The notes beneath the pieces were generated by a model. That model was not told the origin of the DNA. It ran no database searches and saw only the letters and a list, made by a program, of their open reading frames with translations. This document shows positions 14,147-26,086 of a stretch of 64,000 bases of DNA, piece by piece (position 1 is the stretch's first letter; each line of letters begins with the position of its first letter). Origin of the DNA: Phyllosticta citribraziliensis (taxonomy: Eukaryota); assembly GCF_038025025.1 (NCBI RefSeq), contig NW_027117338.1:2604001-2668000 (forward strand), written 5' to 3'. The position numbers were made by a program, and so were the translations under genes.

Positions 14147-16582
14147 ATGTCCGCCAAGCGCAAGGCCTCGGTCTCCAAGGGTGGCCCGGCAAAGAGGGTG
14201 GCGTCTGGCATGAACACGCCCGTCAGCATGGGGAGCAGCGACGACGAGTACATGGAGGCTGGAGGGGCTCCATCTGAGGAGGGGAGCGAGGTTGAGGAAG
14301 TGCACGACCTGGTACAACGCTTCAGCATTAAAAAGAGGGCGGGCACGCAGAAGAGGGACACGGTCTCCAGCCTTTTCCTGGGCAAAGATTACTCGGACCT
14401 GGAGCTCAAGTTGGAGCACGCAGATCGGCCTTTGTGGGTGACTCCCGAGGGCAAGATCATTCTGGAGAGCTTTTCTCCCTATTTCAAGACCGCCGAGAGG
14501 TTCCTAATCAACATCGCGGAGCCCCAGTCTCGAGTGTCACTGATGCACGAATACTCCCTCACCGGCAACAGCTTGTTCGCTGCTGTTTCTGTCGGCCTTT
14601 CGACCAACGAAATCATCGGTCAATTAGAGAAGCTGTCAAAGACACCGCTGGCGGCTGAAGTGAAGGATTTCATCATCGAGTCGACAAAATCCTTTGGTAA
14701 AGTCAGACTCGTCCTGAAGCAGACCAAATACTTCATCGAGAGCTCGGACCCTGAGGTTCTTAGAACCTTACTTCAAGACTCGGTCATTGGACCCTGCAGA
14801 ATCGATACGACTGAGGGTCTAATGAAAGGCACCGCGGCGAAAAAAGGAGATCTTGTCATTCCCGGCACAAACATGGCTGCCGGCGCCAAGCAAGCTGTTG
14901 CGTCTCAACCCGCGCCCGAGGACTCGGACCAGATGATGACCGTTTTGCGGGAGGAGGATGACGAGGAAGAAGAAGATTCAGTCCACTCCTTTCAAATCGA
15001 CGGTCCTCAAGTCCAAACGGTCTCCAAACGTTGCCGTGCCATCGGGCTCCCCTTGACTGAGGAGTACGACTTCCGCAACGATTACGCCAACGCCAATCTG
15101 GACATCGACATCAAACCCAACGTCGAAATCCGACCGTACCAAGAGCAGGCTCTTACCAAAATGTTCGGCAACGGTCGTGCCAGAAGTGGCATCATCGTGC
15201 TTCCATGCGGAGCTGGCAAAACCTTGGTCGGCATCACTGCTGCTTGCACAGTACGCAAAGGCTGCATAGTCTTGTGCACAAGCACCATGTCTGTCCTCCA
15301 GTGGCGAGACGAGTTCATCAAATGGTCCAACATCAATCCAAGCGACATTGCCGTCTTCACGGCAGATCAGAAGGAGTACTTCTCTGGAAATGCAGGAGTG
15401 CTCATCTCCACCTACAACATGATTGCCATGAGCCGCGCGCGCTCCTACGATGCCCAGAAGGTCATGGACTTCATTACCTCGAGAGAGTGGGGCTTGATGG
15501 TCCTGGACGAGGTTCACGTGGTGCCTGCCGAAATGTTCAGTCGCGTCACCCACGCTGTCCCTTCACACGCGAAGCTTGGTCTTACCGCCACTCTACTCCG
15601 CGAGGACGACAAGATTGCGGATTTGAACTTCTTAATCGGACCCAAGCTCTACGAAGCGAATTGGCAAGAGTTGTCTGAGAATGGCTACATTGCTAGAGTC
15701 ATTTGCTCCGAGGTTTGGTGCCAGATGACGACGGAATTCTACGCCGAGTACCTCAAGACCAAAAACACCAACAAACGTTCCCTACTCTACACCATGAATC
15801 CTCGCAAGTTCCAGGCCGCGCAGTTCCTGATCGACTACCACGAAAGGAGAGGAGACAAGACGATTGTCTTTTCGGACAATGTGTACGCCCTGAAGGCATA
15901 CGCCACCAAACTCGGCAAGGCCTTCATCTATGGCGGCACATCGAACCAGGAGAGGCAAACTGTTCTGCAGAATTTCATGTACAACGAGGAGGTCAAGACA
16001 ATTTTCCTTTCCAAGATTGGCGACACTTCGCTCGACTTGCCGGAAGCGACCTGCCTCATTCAAATCTCTTCGCACTACGGATCTCGACGTCAAGAAGCCC
16101 AGCGGTTAGGGCGCATCCTGCGAGCCAAGCGGCGTAACGACGAAGGCTTCAACGCGTTCTTCTACTCACTCGTCTCCAAGGATACAACCGAGATGTACTA
16201 TTCGTCCAAGCGCCAGGCCTTCTTGGTCGATCAGGGCTATTCCTTCCGAGTCATCACTCGCCTCCAGGGCATTGAGACTCTTCCCAACTTGGTTTACAAC
16301 TCCCCGCAAGAGCGGCGAGAACTTCTTACCGCAGTCATGCTTCAAAACGATGTCGAAGGCCAGGTCGAAACAAACGAAGGAGACCTCTTCGACCGTCGCA
16401 AGGGCCCGAACAGGAAGGGCGTCCGTCGTACTGCAGGAACATTGAGCGAACTCAGTGGTGGTCAGGACATGGCATACGTCGAGTACAACAGAGAGAAGAA
16501 CAAGGAGCTTCGGGCGTCTGGAAACCAGCAGTTGAAGAAGTTGAAGCGGTCTTTAGCGAAGAGAAAGACCACCGTTATCTGA
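14147..16582 (+). CDS. SSL2: TFIIH DNA helicase/translocase XPB (Ssl2/Rad25), intronless
   Basis: 811-aa ORF with RSGIIVLPCGAGKT (Walker A), LDEVH, ATLLREDD (RED motif) and SHYGSRRQEAQRLGRILR. Confidence 0.97.
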   Translation: MSAKRKASVSKGGPAKRVASGMNTPVSMGSSDDEYMEAGGAPSEEGSEVEEVHDLVQRFSIKKRAGTQKRDTVSSLFLGKDYSDLELKLEHADRPLWVTPEGKIILESFSPYFKTAERFLINIAEPQSRVSLMHEYSLTGNSLFAAVSVGLSTNEIIGQLEKLSKTPLAAEVKDFIIESTKSFGKVRLVLKQTKYFIESSDPEVLRTLLQDSVIGPCRIDTTEGLMKGTAAKKGDLVIPGTNMAAGAKQAVASQPAPEDSDQMMTVLREEDDEEEEDSVHSFQIDGPQVQTVSKRCRAIGLPLTEEYDFRNDYANANLDIDIKPNVEIRPYQEQALTKMFGNGRARSGIIVLPCGAGKTLVGITAACTVRKGCIVLCTSTMSVLQWRDEFIKWSNINPSDIAVFTADQKEYFSGNAGVLISTYNMIAMSRARSYDAQKVMDFITSREWGLMVLDEVHVVPAEMFSRVTHAVPSHAKLGLTATLLREDDKIADLNFLIGPKLYEANWQELSENGYIARVICSEVWCQMTTEFYAEYLKTKNTNKRSLLYTMNPRKFQAAQFLIDYHERRGDKTIVFSDNVYALKAYATKLGKAFIYGGTSNQERQTVLQNFMYNEEVKTIFLSKIGDTSLDLPEATCLIQISSHYGSRRQEAQRLGRILRAKRRNDEGFNAFFYSLVSKDTTEMYYSSKRQAFLVDQGYSFRVITRLQGIETLPNLVYNSPQERRELLTAVMLQNDVEGQVETNEGDLFDRRKGPNRKGVRRTAGTLSELSGGQDMAYVEYNREKNKELRASGNQQLKKLKRSLAKRKTTVI

Positions 16583-17341
16583 TTTAAAGGATCATGGCCG
16601 CCAAAGGCCTCGACAAATTGACAATTTCAGTATCATAGCGACGGCGTAATGGGCGATTCTTGGTTGGGTGCTTAAATTTGGTCGGAATGGGGCGTTGAAC
16701 TCGGAGGCAGATGAATGCTTCATACCCATTCAAAGTTAGCATACAAAAACATCTGGGGCGTTCTGTCCTTCATCTTCAGTTTTCATTCATGACACATGGC
16801 TTGAAGGGTTTCCGGTTAGAGTGCTATTGCAGACTTGGATCTTCCTATGAAAGAAGATGGGTCGATTATTTGCCAAATTTTCAGTGTTTAGCTTTCACTT
16901 GGATTCACTTCGGACTATCTGTTTGGCGTCTAATCACCTTTCTGAGCCCACCTACCAAATCCACTTTTCGTCTCCATCTTCCCTTCACGCAACTGCATTC
17001 ACAACACCAGCCTGAATCATCGCATGCGGACGACGTCCAATCCCATTCCAACAGGGAGGAGTCAGATTTGACCATCACACCCATACGCCTACAACCCAGT
17101 GGTTCATCAAAGAAACACTGATATCGTCGTTCCGTCTTGCAACCTCTTACCGTCACAAGCCTGCGCCCATTGCAAAATTGTTCAAACAAACTTCAGGCGC
17201 CGTCTCAACTCCTCAAGCACCAACCCTCACGACGCGGTGACTCAACCAAGTATCTGCAGGGGCCGTCTCGTCCCAACTGGCTCCGGTCGGCTTTCACTTC
17301 AAACACCAAGTTTCTGTTCGCTACTGAGCCAGTGCTTCGAC

Positions 17342-19135
17342 ATGTCACCGACTTCCGACACGCCTTTCACCAGCAACTCGCCGATCGTGCGCAACATGGC
17401 TGCTCGGGCTTCGCAGTCCTTCGCCATGTCACCGACTTCCGACACGACTGTCGCCAGCAATTCGCCATTCGTGCGCAACTTGATCGCTCGGGCTTTGCGC
17501 CGAGCTCCTAGGATGGACGCATCCGCTTTCAACATCACCCCCAGCCAGCTCCCCGTCGCGGAAGAAAACAACGAGGCTTCAGAAGGGGCCTCCACGTCCA
17601 CCGGTCGCCTCTCAGGTAAGTCAACTCTCCCACCCCCTCACACACAGACTGCCCGTCGCCTCAATGTTTTGGAGGCTGACCGCACTCTTTCAGGCAATAC
17701 CCTCGGGTCCAACAGGAAGCGTCGCGCTTCGGCTCTCGAGGGCACCGCCGCCAACAGGCCGCAGCACTCCAATCGCACCCCAGCCCCAGTCGCGATCGAG
17801 AACGAACTTGAAGACTACGACGAAGAAGAGCGCAATGGCAGCATTGTAACTGGCTCGGGAACTCACGCGAATGAGCTCGAGGATTACAACGAAGAAGAGC
17901 GCAACGGTAGCGTCGTCGCCAGCCCGCCAATTCACACGAACGAGCTCGAGGATTACAACGAGACCCTCGGCAACAGCAGCAATGCGAGCCTCCCACCCAG
18001 CCCGAAGAAGCTCTGCACCGGCCTCAGCAACAAGGTCCTGGTCATTGATGGCGAAAAGTTCTTGTTGCCAGAGGGACGTGGCGATGTGGTGACGCTCGAG
18101 CACGATGAAGCCATGTTCGGACGTCTCGGTCACACGATGCGTCCCAAAGTCATCGTCATTGATGGTCAGAGGTTCCTCCTTCCACGCGGTGGAGGAGAGG
18201 TGGTGGCAATGGGACGGGATGAGCGCATGTGGATGGAAGAGGTGCAGCAGCGCGAGTTCGACTACGCTGGTGTCGAAGAGGGAGACCGCCAGCAGGAGCA
18301 AGAGACCGATACGGAGTTGGAAGATTGGATCAACAACTACCACTGCTACATGGACAGCCGCGATGGAGAAGGCCAGGTGCTTCAAGACGAGCAAGGACTG
18401 CAGAAGGAGCATGAAATTAACGACTTGGACCAATTCCGGTCAGAGGAGCCCGGAACCACGTACTTGCCCAACGTTGAAGAGGGGGAGCAGACAATGCAGA
18501 ACGACACCACTGGACCGTCTTCGGAGAACTCCTTGTGCATTTACTGCGGAGAGTACCACTTGTCAGAGCAGAGCGACTGTGAGGATTCCGAGTCGAACGC
18601 TTCTGAACCGGCTTCAGAGAACTCTTTGTGCCCACAATGCGGAGTATACCATCCGCCAGGACAGATGGAAAGTGATGCTTCCGATTCTGACACTACTGAA
18701 CCATTGGGGTACTTCTTGTGCAATAATTGCGGGGAATACCACCTTCTGTCAGAGGATGAAGAAGAATCCACGGAATCCGATGAACATGAAGATTCAAGTG
18801 TGTACGACAACCAAGACGCCAATTTCGAGGCTGACATCAACAATGACGAAGTCCCGCCCACCGATTCTGGCTACGACAGCGAGATGGACGAGGAGGACGA
18901 TTCCGACTCTTCCGATTCCTCTGACTCTGACTCCAGCTTGGGCTCCGACGAATCGGTCGACTGGGACTACGACTACGACAACGTCGGCGGTGGCAACACC
19001 AATGCGCAGGCCCCAGCCCTTGTCGTCGACGATCCCATCCTCTACGGACCTACGGACTTGCCCGAGGGTCATGTGCGCGGCGACATGATGTTTGTAATGA
19101 ACGGCGAGCTATGGGGCATCGACTTCAGAAACTAG
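17342..19135 (+). CDS. Hypothetical acidic, repeat-built protein with three CxxCGxYH motifs
   Basis: Frame open 17099-19135; first ATG at 17342 gives about 597 aa. Internal repeats preserve frame with mostly synonymous or conservative differences. No recognisable family. Confidence 0.7.
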   Translation: MSPTSDTPFTSNSPIVRNMAARASQSFAMSPTSDTTVASNSPFVRNLIARALRRAPRMDASAFNITPSQLPVAEENNEASEGASTSTGRLSGKSTLPPPHTQTARRLNVLEADRTLSGNTLGSNRKRRASALEGTAANRPQHSNRTPAPVAIENELEDYDEEERNGSIVTGSGTHANELEDYNEEERNGSVVASPPIHTNELEDYNETLGNSSNASLPPSPKKLCTGLSNKVLVIDGEKFLLPEGRGDVVTLEHDEAMFGRLGHTMRPKVIVIDGQRFLLPRGGGEVVAMGRDERMWMEEVQQREFDYAGVEEGDRQQEQETDTELEDWINNYHCYMDSRDGEGQVLQDEQGLQKEHEINDLDQFRSEEPGTTYLPNVEEGEQTMQNDTTGPSSENSLCIYCGEYHLSEQSDCEDSESNASEPASENSLCPQCGVYHPPGQMESDASDSDTTEPLGYFLCNNCGEYHLLSEDEEESTESDEHEDSSVYDNQDANFEADINNDEVPPTDSGYDSEMDEEDDSDSSDSSDSDSSLGSDESVDWDYDYDNVGGGNTNAQAPALVVDDPILYGPTDLPEGHVRGDMMFVMNGELWGIDFRN

Positions 19136-20574
19136 AGTGGCGATGCGTACGGATGACGACGACAATGTCGAAGCGCGAATGGCAAGGTATCGGATTGAGT
19201 GTGCTGTGGACAGGCAGTGTTGGGTACGCGACGATTGATGGAAAGGGATGATGGAACGGTACACGGAGAGGCTGGAAGAGGGGGTGATGAGGCTGGGTGG
19301 AAAAGGGAGGACTGTGGGAGGGGAATTTTGAGGAGGCGGCATGTCAGGTCCTCATCGCAGCATCATGTGTGTACGATGACGGCCGGGAGGATGAATTCGG
19401 TGTTCGGTTTTCCGAATTCCAACTGGGACAGTCTGGTCTGAGATTTCTTCTCGGGAGAGGATGCGATGGCGGCGGTTGATAGGCTCCGTGGTCTCCTCGC
19501 GGATAAGTCATTGTCAGCTGCTACTCGAATACAGAGGATTTGTGCCTCATTCATTTTGTCGTCTTCCAACCATCGGTCAAGACAGCGAGGTAGTGTGCTT
19601 TCTGCAAGTGAATTCGCTCAGCTGAATATACGTCACCGCGACATATCCCTCCCAGCTGACACGGGCACACCGAGACAGTCCTAACGAAGTGTGTCTGTTG
19701 GACTACACCCTCCGAGAACCGACGACCATGTTCCACGACTTTTGCGTCCGTACAACATCTTCAGGCAGCAGGGTCGGACACGGCTGAATTCTCCGCGTCC
19801 TCCGCCATGCTCGGCATTTTCGGTGCGCCAGACGGACGCTGCGAGGATCTGCATTCCTGTGACCGTTAAAACTGCACACATGGCAGCGAGCTCATAACTG
19901 GTACGTGGCGCAGCAAGCCACGCGCAAAAGCTGCAGGGTCTCAACGGAATTTCATGAGGTGTCAAAGTGGCTGGGAATGAGGAATGCAAAGACCGTTTGC
20001 TGCACTGAATGTGAAGTGCGGCACGGCAACGGCGCAACAAGAAATCCAAAAGCCTCAATATCGATCCATTGGATTCCAGCTGCCTGCAGGATTCGCCAAG
20101 ATACTTATCCTTCCCATCATTTCCATGTGTCCATGCCAAAAAGGGGTTTCCAATCCAGAGAGCTGCCTCCCTTGAACTCCACTTGAGATGAGGTGGTGCG
20201 AAGGCTCTCTTAAGGCCTCCGCGGTCTCATGACCCGTCCGAGTCTTTTCTGTGTAGACAAGGCGCCTGTGAGGCATTCTTGGTATGCAATGGTTTGAATG
20301 TTCGAGCTGGAAGATCCAAGCCGGCCATGAGGGTCGCACGTGAGGGCATAGATGTCGTCAACTCGGCAACAATACATCAAGGGAAACTCAATCTTGATAT
20401 CTTTGATGTGAAAGATGTCAGAACGGGATCATAGAGGACGGGGGTACAGGGACTGACCATCTGGCTACAAAGCCCATTTCCTCCTCAATCCCAGCCTTCT
20501 TACTACGACGCGATGAGTCGCAGAGCTTCTTGAAAGCAGACGGTCTTCTTGTGGCGACTTATCCATCGATGACC

Positions 20575-21880
20575 TTAAGTCAGGAGGTCGGCCACGTTCA
20601 TCGGCATCTCATCAATCTGAGTGGAGTAGTAGACTTGGACTGATTAGCAAAGTCCATTGCCAAAACAAGAAGAGAACAAGGCACTTACGCTCAATGTCAC
20701 GAAGAATGCGAACGTCTTCGCTCGTGACAAAGTTGATTGCGACACCCTTCCTTCCAAAACGGCCACTGCGGCCAATTCTGTGGATGTAGTTCTCACGATT
20801 GCTTGGCAGGTCGTAGTTGATGACGAGCGAGACTTGTTGGACGTCGATTCCGCGCGCCCAGACATCCGTGGAAATGAGCACGCGAGAGTTGCCCTGGCGG
20901 AAATCCTGCATAATGCTATCGCGCTCCTTCTGAGGCATCTCTCCGTGCATCGAAGACACGGTGAAGTTTGCCTCGCGCATTTTGTCCGTGAGCCAATCCA
21001 CCTTTCTGCGCGTGTTGCAGAAGATGACCGCTTGCGTAATCGTCAGGGTGTCGTAGAGGTCGCAAAGCGTGTCGAATTTCCACTCCTCCTTCTCAACAGC
21101 AATGAAGTATTGTTTCAAGCCTTCCAGGGTCAACTCGTCACGCTTGACCAGAATCCTGACCGGGTCTGTCATGAATTTGGTGGTCATGTCCAGAACATCG
21201 TACGGGAGAGTGGCCGAGACGACGACGACTTGGGTAGCCGGGGGAAGGTAGCGGTAAACATCGTAGATCTGCTCACGGAATCCGCGGTTCAGCAGCTCGT
21301 CTGCTTCGTCCAGGACCAGCATCTTGATGTGGCGAGTGCGCAGATTTCGGCGTCTAATCATATCTGCAACGCGACCAGGAGTTCCTGAAACGACATGCTG
21401 GCCGTAGTCCAATTTGCGAATATCTTCTCCAACATTGGTGCCACCAATGCACGCGTGGCACTGGACGTTCATATAGTCTCCCAAGGCCATGATGACAGAC
21501 TGGATCTGGGTTGCGAGTTCGCGAGTCGGAGACAGGACAAGGGCTACAAGACATTGTCAGCTAGACCACTATGCTGCGGGCTGTCATGGCTCACCTTGCG
21601 TTTCCCTCACAGCGGTGTCAATGACCTGAAGAATGCTGATGGAGAAAGTCGCCGTCTTTCCTGTTCCGGACTGGGCCTGGGCAATGGTGTCGCGGCCCTT
21701 GCAAATCTGGACGATTGCACGCGACTGGACAGCAGAGGGAGACTCGTAGCCATAGGCGTAGATGCCGCGAAGAAGGTTCTCCTTCAAGTGCATCGCCTCA
21801 AAGGTCGGCGCAACCGTCACCTCTTTGGAGGTGGAGAACTCCATCTTCTCATCCGCGCGCCTGTCGATTCCTTCCGCCAT
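20575..21880 (-). CDS. FAL1: DEAD-box RNA helicase eIF4A-III (exon junction complex core), 3 exons
   Basis: [28 protein letters not shown] and HRIGRSGR motifs, ending [18 protein letters not shown]. Introns 21594-21544 and 20688-20634. Confidence 0.96.
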
Positions 21881-22227
21881 GATTGCTGTATTGATGGAAG
21901 AGGGTCTTCTGGAAAGAGGTGCTGTCGAAAATTCCGCGCGTTGGTGGTGGACGTGTTTGCTCTCGATGACGCGCGGGCCAGTCGTGGTTGAAATTCCGGG
22001 GAGCAATCGGCTGAAATCCGGCAAGAACGCTCGAGCTCACGCCGCCCGCCACGCCCGGCGCGCATCGTCAAGATCTCATCACGACAATACATCTTCGCAG
22101 TCTCAACGCGCCAACACGTCTCCCCTTGCACTCCTTACGCCGATCGCTACCGCCGCAGCTCTCTGCCTCGACGGGACCTTGGCTTCAAGGACACATCTCA
22201 CTGCGTTGATACAACGCGCCATTCGTT

Positions 22228-23797
22228 ATGATCCTAGAAGAGCAGAGGCTCCTCCATGAGGACATTGAGCGCTTGGAGCAGGCCATTGCAGAGCGCACGT
22301 TGGAGGAACCCAAGAATGTAAGCAGCTCATACTTATTTGTCAACTTGAAGTAACCTCGAATGCTAAGGGACGATGCGCTAGATTCGAGAACGCCTCAACC
22401 GCGACCATCAGATTGCCAACTTTTTGAACCGCATTCAGCACCAGTCAACACGGCTTTTACAAATTTACGCAGACGACGATGGACAGCGCCTAAAGGAAAT
22501 CCAGACCATTTCAACAGGTGATCCGTTTGAAGAATTCTACAAGGAGTACTCTTCGATCAAGGACTTTCACAAGCGCTACCCGAACGAACCCGCCGAGAAC
22601 TTGGAGCGCGCATACAAGAGACGCGCACATGGCGAACCAGAGCCGATGAGGGTGGACGCCACCAAAATGTTCACTGGAGAAGAGGGATTCGGACGCTTCT
22701 TCGACTTGAATCTCCTGCACGAAACATATCTCAACCTGCCCGGCGTCAAAAACACGCGCCGGATCCCGTACCTTCAGTATCTTGAAATGTTCGACCAGTT
22801 CACGCCGCCTCAGTGTCCGCTCAAGAGACCTGACAAGCTGACAGATGCCTACTTCCAATACCTGACCAACCTGGCTGCGTATCTCGAAGACTTTATGAGG
22901 AAGATTAAGCCCTTGGAGGACCTGGACAGGCTCTTTTCAGAGTTTGACAAGGAATTCGAAAGCGCATGGGAAGCGGGCAGCATTCCGGGCTGGGAGAAGC
23001 AAGAAGCGAAGACTGGCGCGGCCGGACCTACCGAGGGCACAGGCTCGGGCTTTTGGTGTGCTGACTGCCAGAAAGAGTTTGGTAACGAAAACGTTTTCCA
23101 GCATCATTTTTCGAGTAAAAAGCACAAGAAGGCCGCTGCGGAAAACGCCAATGGAGGGGAGAACGGAGCTTCGAACGGCACGTCGGCACCAAAGGTGACG
23201 GGGCATTCAGTCAAGGAGAAGGCAGTCGCTGCGCGAGAATTCCGCATCAAGAAGCTTGCCGGAGCGATGCAGACGGAGCGCAGTGATACGCGCGTCAATG
23301 TGGAGCGCAGGATGGGGATGACGGAGCGGGAACGCCAGCAAGAGCTGGAAGCACTATTCAATGACGAAGAAGAGGTGGTCCAAGAAGCAGAAAACGAAGA
23401 GGGTGCCGAAGACAAGATTTACAACCCGCTCAAGCTGCCCATGGGATGGGACGGCAAGCCTATACCGTTCTGGTTGTACAAGCTGCACGGACTAGGCAAC
23501 GAGTTTCCGTGTGAGATTTGCGGAAACTTCGTCTACATGGGGCGACGGGCCTTTGACAAGCACTTCACCGAGGGCCGGCATCTTTACGGACTTCGGTGTC
23601 TGGGCATCACCAAGGACATGTCGCTATTCAGGGAGATCACGGGCATCGATGAGGCGCTCAAGCTGCACCAAAAGCTCGAGGCGGAGAAGAAGAAGTCGAA
23701 GCAGGCCATGGAAAACGTGGTGCAGATGGAGGACGCGCAGGGCAATGTGATGCCCGAAAAGGTCTACTACGACCTGCAAAAGCAGGGTCTACTCTGA
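22228..23797 (+). CDS. PRP9: U2 snRNP SF3a subunit 3 (Prp9/Sap61), 2 exons
   Basis: MILEEQRLLHEDIERLEQA; intron 22318-22381; YNPLKLPMGWDGKPIPFWLYKLHGL, CEICGN..YMGRRAFDKHF zinc finger, and YYDLQKQGLL C-terminus. Confidence 0.96.
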
Positions 23798-24995
23798 AAT
23801 GCCCCTTGGGCAGACACACACCATTCCGATTCCAGAATCAGCTTGTAGCTGGGGAGACTGTATCGAATTTCTTGCGCACTCGGATTTCATGGGCGAAGCT
23901 CGATACGTGCATTATCAATGTGGGATTTTGGCGTTTCGCGGATCACAGGCGGCCAAGGGGGAAGAAAGGTGGTTGAATTCAAAAAAAATGAGACAGTTTG
24001 CGGCGAAGGCTCGAAGTGAGGTTGATCATGGTGACAGGGCGGGGTGGGTGTCGCAGAGGAGGGAATACAAGGCCGACAGCGGAGTCCGGGTTCTGGAGGA
24101 TACAGAGAGGTGGTGTTAGAACAGAGGATGCGGTGCACACCCATTGCGGCAGGTGGAGGTTTTGAGGTCAGGGCTGGCTGCAAGGTTTGCCCTGACTGTT
24201 TCAGCGCAAGCATCAAGCTTTTTCCCAGTGGAGATCCGAATTCCGGACGTTTATCGGAACGGGTATGTCCCCAGTGATCGGCATTAAGCCGAGGGGTGAC
24301 TTTTTGGGGGGCCGTGTGTGGAGAAGGGGTGAGGTCAGACGTCGTGTAGCCAGTGCAAGAGGCTCCTGTCTCATGGCGGTGAGCCAACGGTTTTGGACAA
24401 AAGATGACTTTTCATGCAGAGCGCAAGTCGTCATTCCTTGCATCGACGGTTCCTGGGTCGAAATGCTTCTTTCTCTGCGGTTTCGCCTCGCGCGTGGGTC
24501 CGCGGTTACAAGCAAACGAGGTCGCGGCAGTCTTTATAGCAGGCTTTCACAACCACTTGAGCTCCGAGGATAGGCTCTCGTCGAACGCAGGCACTGCTGA
24601 GGATCTCCGGACGGACGCCAGGACTAATGAGCCAGAACCTGGAATTGGAGCCACAAGATTTCCTGCCAAGTGGTACGAGGGTGAGGGGCCCAATAGCATG
24701 AAAGTCGCTGGCGGATGCACAATTTCTACGTCCCGGCCAAAGGGCATGGCGCCCAACTCGTGGCACGGCCGCGCATGAAGGAGGAACACAGCAGCGTCTC
24801 CTGTTACCGCGTCTTTGGAATGGCGGCGCGCATTCTCGTCGACGCAGCCCGCGTTTGAGCACAGTTTCTATTTGAGAGACGAAGTCATGATTGCCCGCTT
24901 ATCATGCATGGGTCGATGGAGTGCTGAGCGAAAGCCGGGTGAGTGACGGACCAGAGAGATTTTGAGGCAGCCAGCTAAGCTGCAGCCACAACTAT

Positions 24996-26042
24996 TCAAT
25001 ACGGATCAAAAAACTTTTGGACCAAAGAGCTATTGCTTCCCCCAAACTCATTCAGCACGAGCTGCAGCAGAATTCGCGCCTTTTGCGGATTGTAGTTGCC
25101 CGAGTTCAAATAGCTGTACTCGCCAAGGGTCAAATTGTCCTTTCCCGGCGCAACATAGCTCGACCCCGTCCGGCTGGACCTCATGATTGGAACTCCCGAC
25201 TCTGTCCAGTACTTTGCAATCTCTTTCCACGTGGTCGGGAGTGATCCGTCACCAGTACACGCGACCACGATTCCTTTGGCACCATTGGAGATGGAATTAT
25301 TGACAAGCGTGACGTCCGAGTCAATGTGGCCGTATAAAATGTCGACTTTCGGGAGAGAGTCGACCCCGGAAATGTCAAAGAAGGGCTTCTTGTACGCTCT
25401 CGCTGGATAGTAGTAAAAGACGGGAGTCTTGTCGTTAAACACTCCCAAATATCCTTGCTCTACTGCCTTAAACGTGTCCACGGAGCGCGTGTTGGTCTTG
25501 GTGGTGTATACAGCAGAGCCGATCCGATCATTCAGCGTCATCATGACGCCGCGGTTGATAGCAGTTTTTGAAGACGCCAACGCTACTGCTTCATAAATGT
25601 TGAAGGGGCCGTCGGCACTTAAGGCTGTTGATGGTCTCATTGCTGCCACCATGGCAACTGGCGCAGACATGTCGTAAGTAACATCCAGGAAAAAGGCAGA
25701 CTCCTCCAGCGTATCCGTCCCGTGAGTAATAACGATGCCCTCGGCGCTGCCATTGGAGATGAGGGTCGTGACTAATTTTGAAAGCCGCAGGAGTAGAGAA
25801 GTATTCATGTTTTCACTCCCAATGTTGGAGAATTGGACGCCATTGATTTGGGCAAGGTCCTTGACTTCAGGAACCGCGTCGATCAGAGCGTCGACCGCCA
25901 ATTCCGAATCTTTGTAATTGGTCGTCGAAGTGGAGGATTTTTGGACTCCTGCGATTGTCCCGCCAGTTGCGATGATGGTGACATGGGGCAAATCGGCAGC
26001 AGAGGCACAAAATGCTGCGAAAAGGAGAATTGTGAGTTTCAT
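24996..26042 (-). CDS. Secreted type II L-asparaginase/glutaminase (Asp3-like), intronless
   Basis: Signal peptide MKLTILLFAAFCASA; catalytic motifs ATGGTIAG, ITHGTDTLEES, AMRPSTALSADGPFN, TKTNT and YNPQKARILLQL; several N-X-S/T sequons. Confidence 0.95.
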   Translation of the reverse strand: MKLTILLFAAFCASAADLPHVTIIATGGTIAGVQKSSTSTTNYKDSELAVDALIDAVPEVKDLAQINGVQFSNIGSENMNTSLLLRLSKLVTTLISNGSAEGIVITHGTDTLEESAFFLDVTYDMSAPVAMVAAMRPSTALSADGPFNIYEAVALASSKTAINRGVMMTLNDRIGSAVYTTKTNTRSVDTFKAVEQGYLGVFNDKTPVFYYYPARAYKKPFFDISGVDSLPKVDILYGHIDSDVTLVNNSISNGAKGIVVACTGDGSLPTTWKEIAKYWTESGVPIMRSSRTGSSYVAPGKDNLTLGEYSYLNSGNYNPQKARILLQLVLNEFGGSNSSLVQKFFDPY

Positions 26043-26086
26043 TTTTAAACGACAATATGGCGCTCCCGCTTCCAGTGTCCAGCAGA

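Noticed and set aside
18105..19088. 327-aa alternative-frame ORF inside the orphan gene
   Set aside because: Its Thr/Arg-rich composition is the shifted-frame shadow of GAC/GAG-rich acidic codons.
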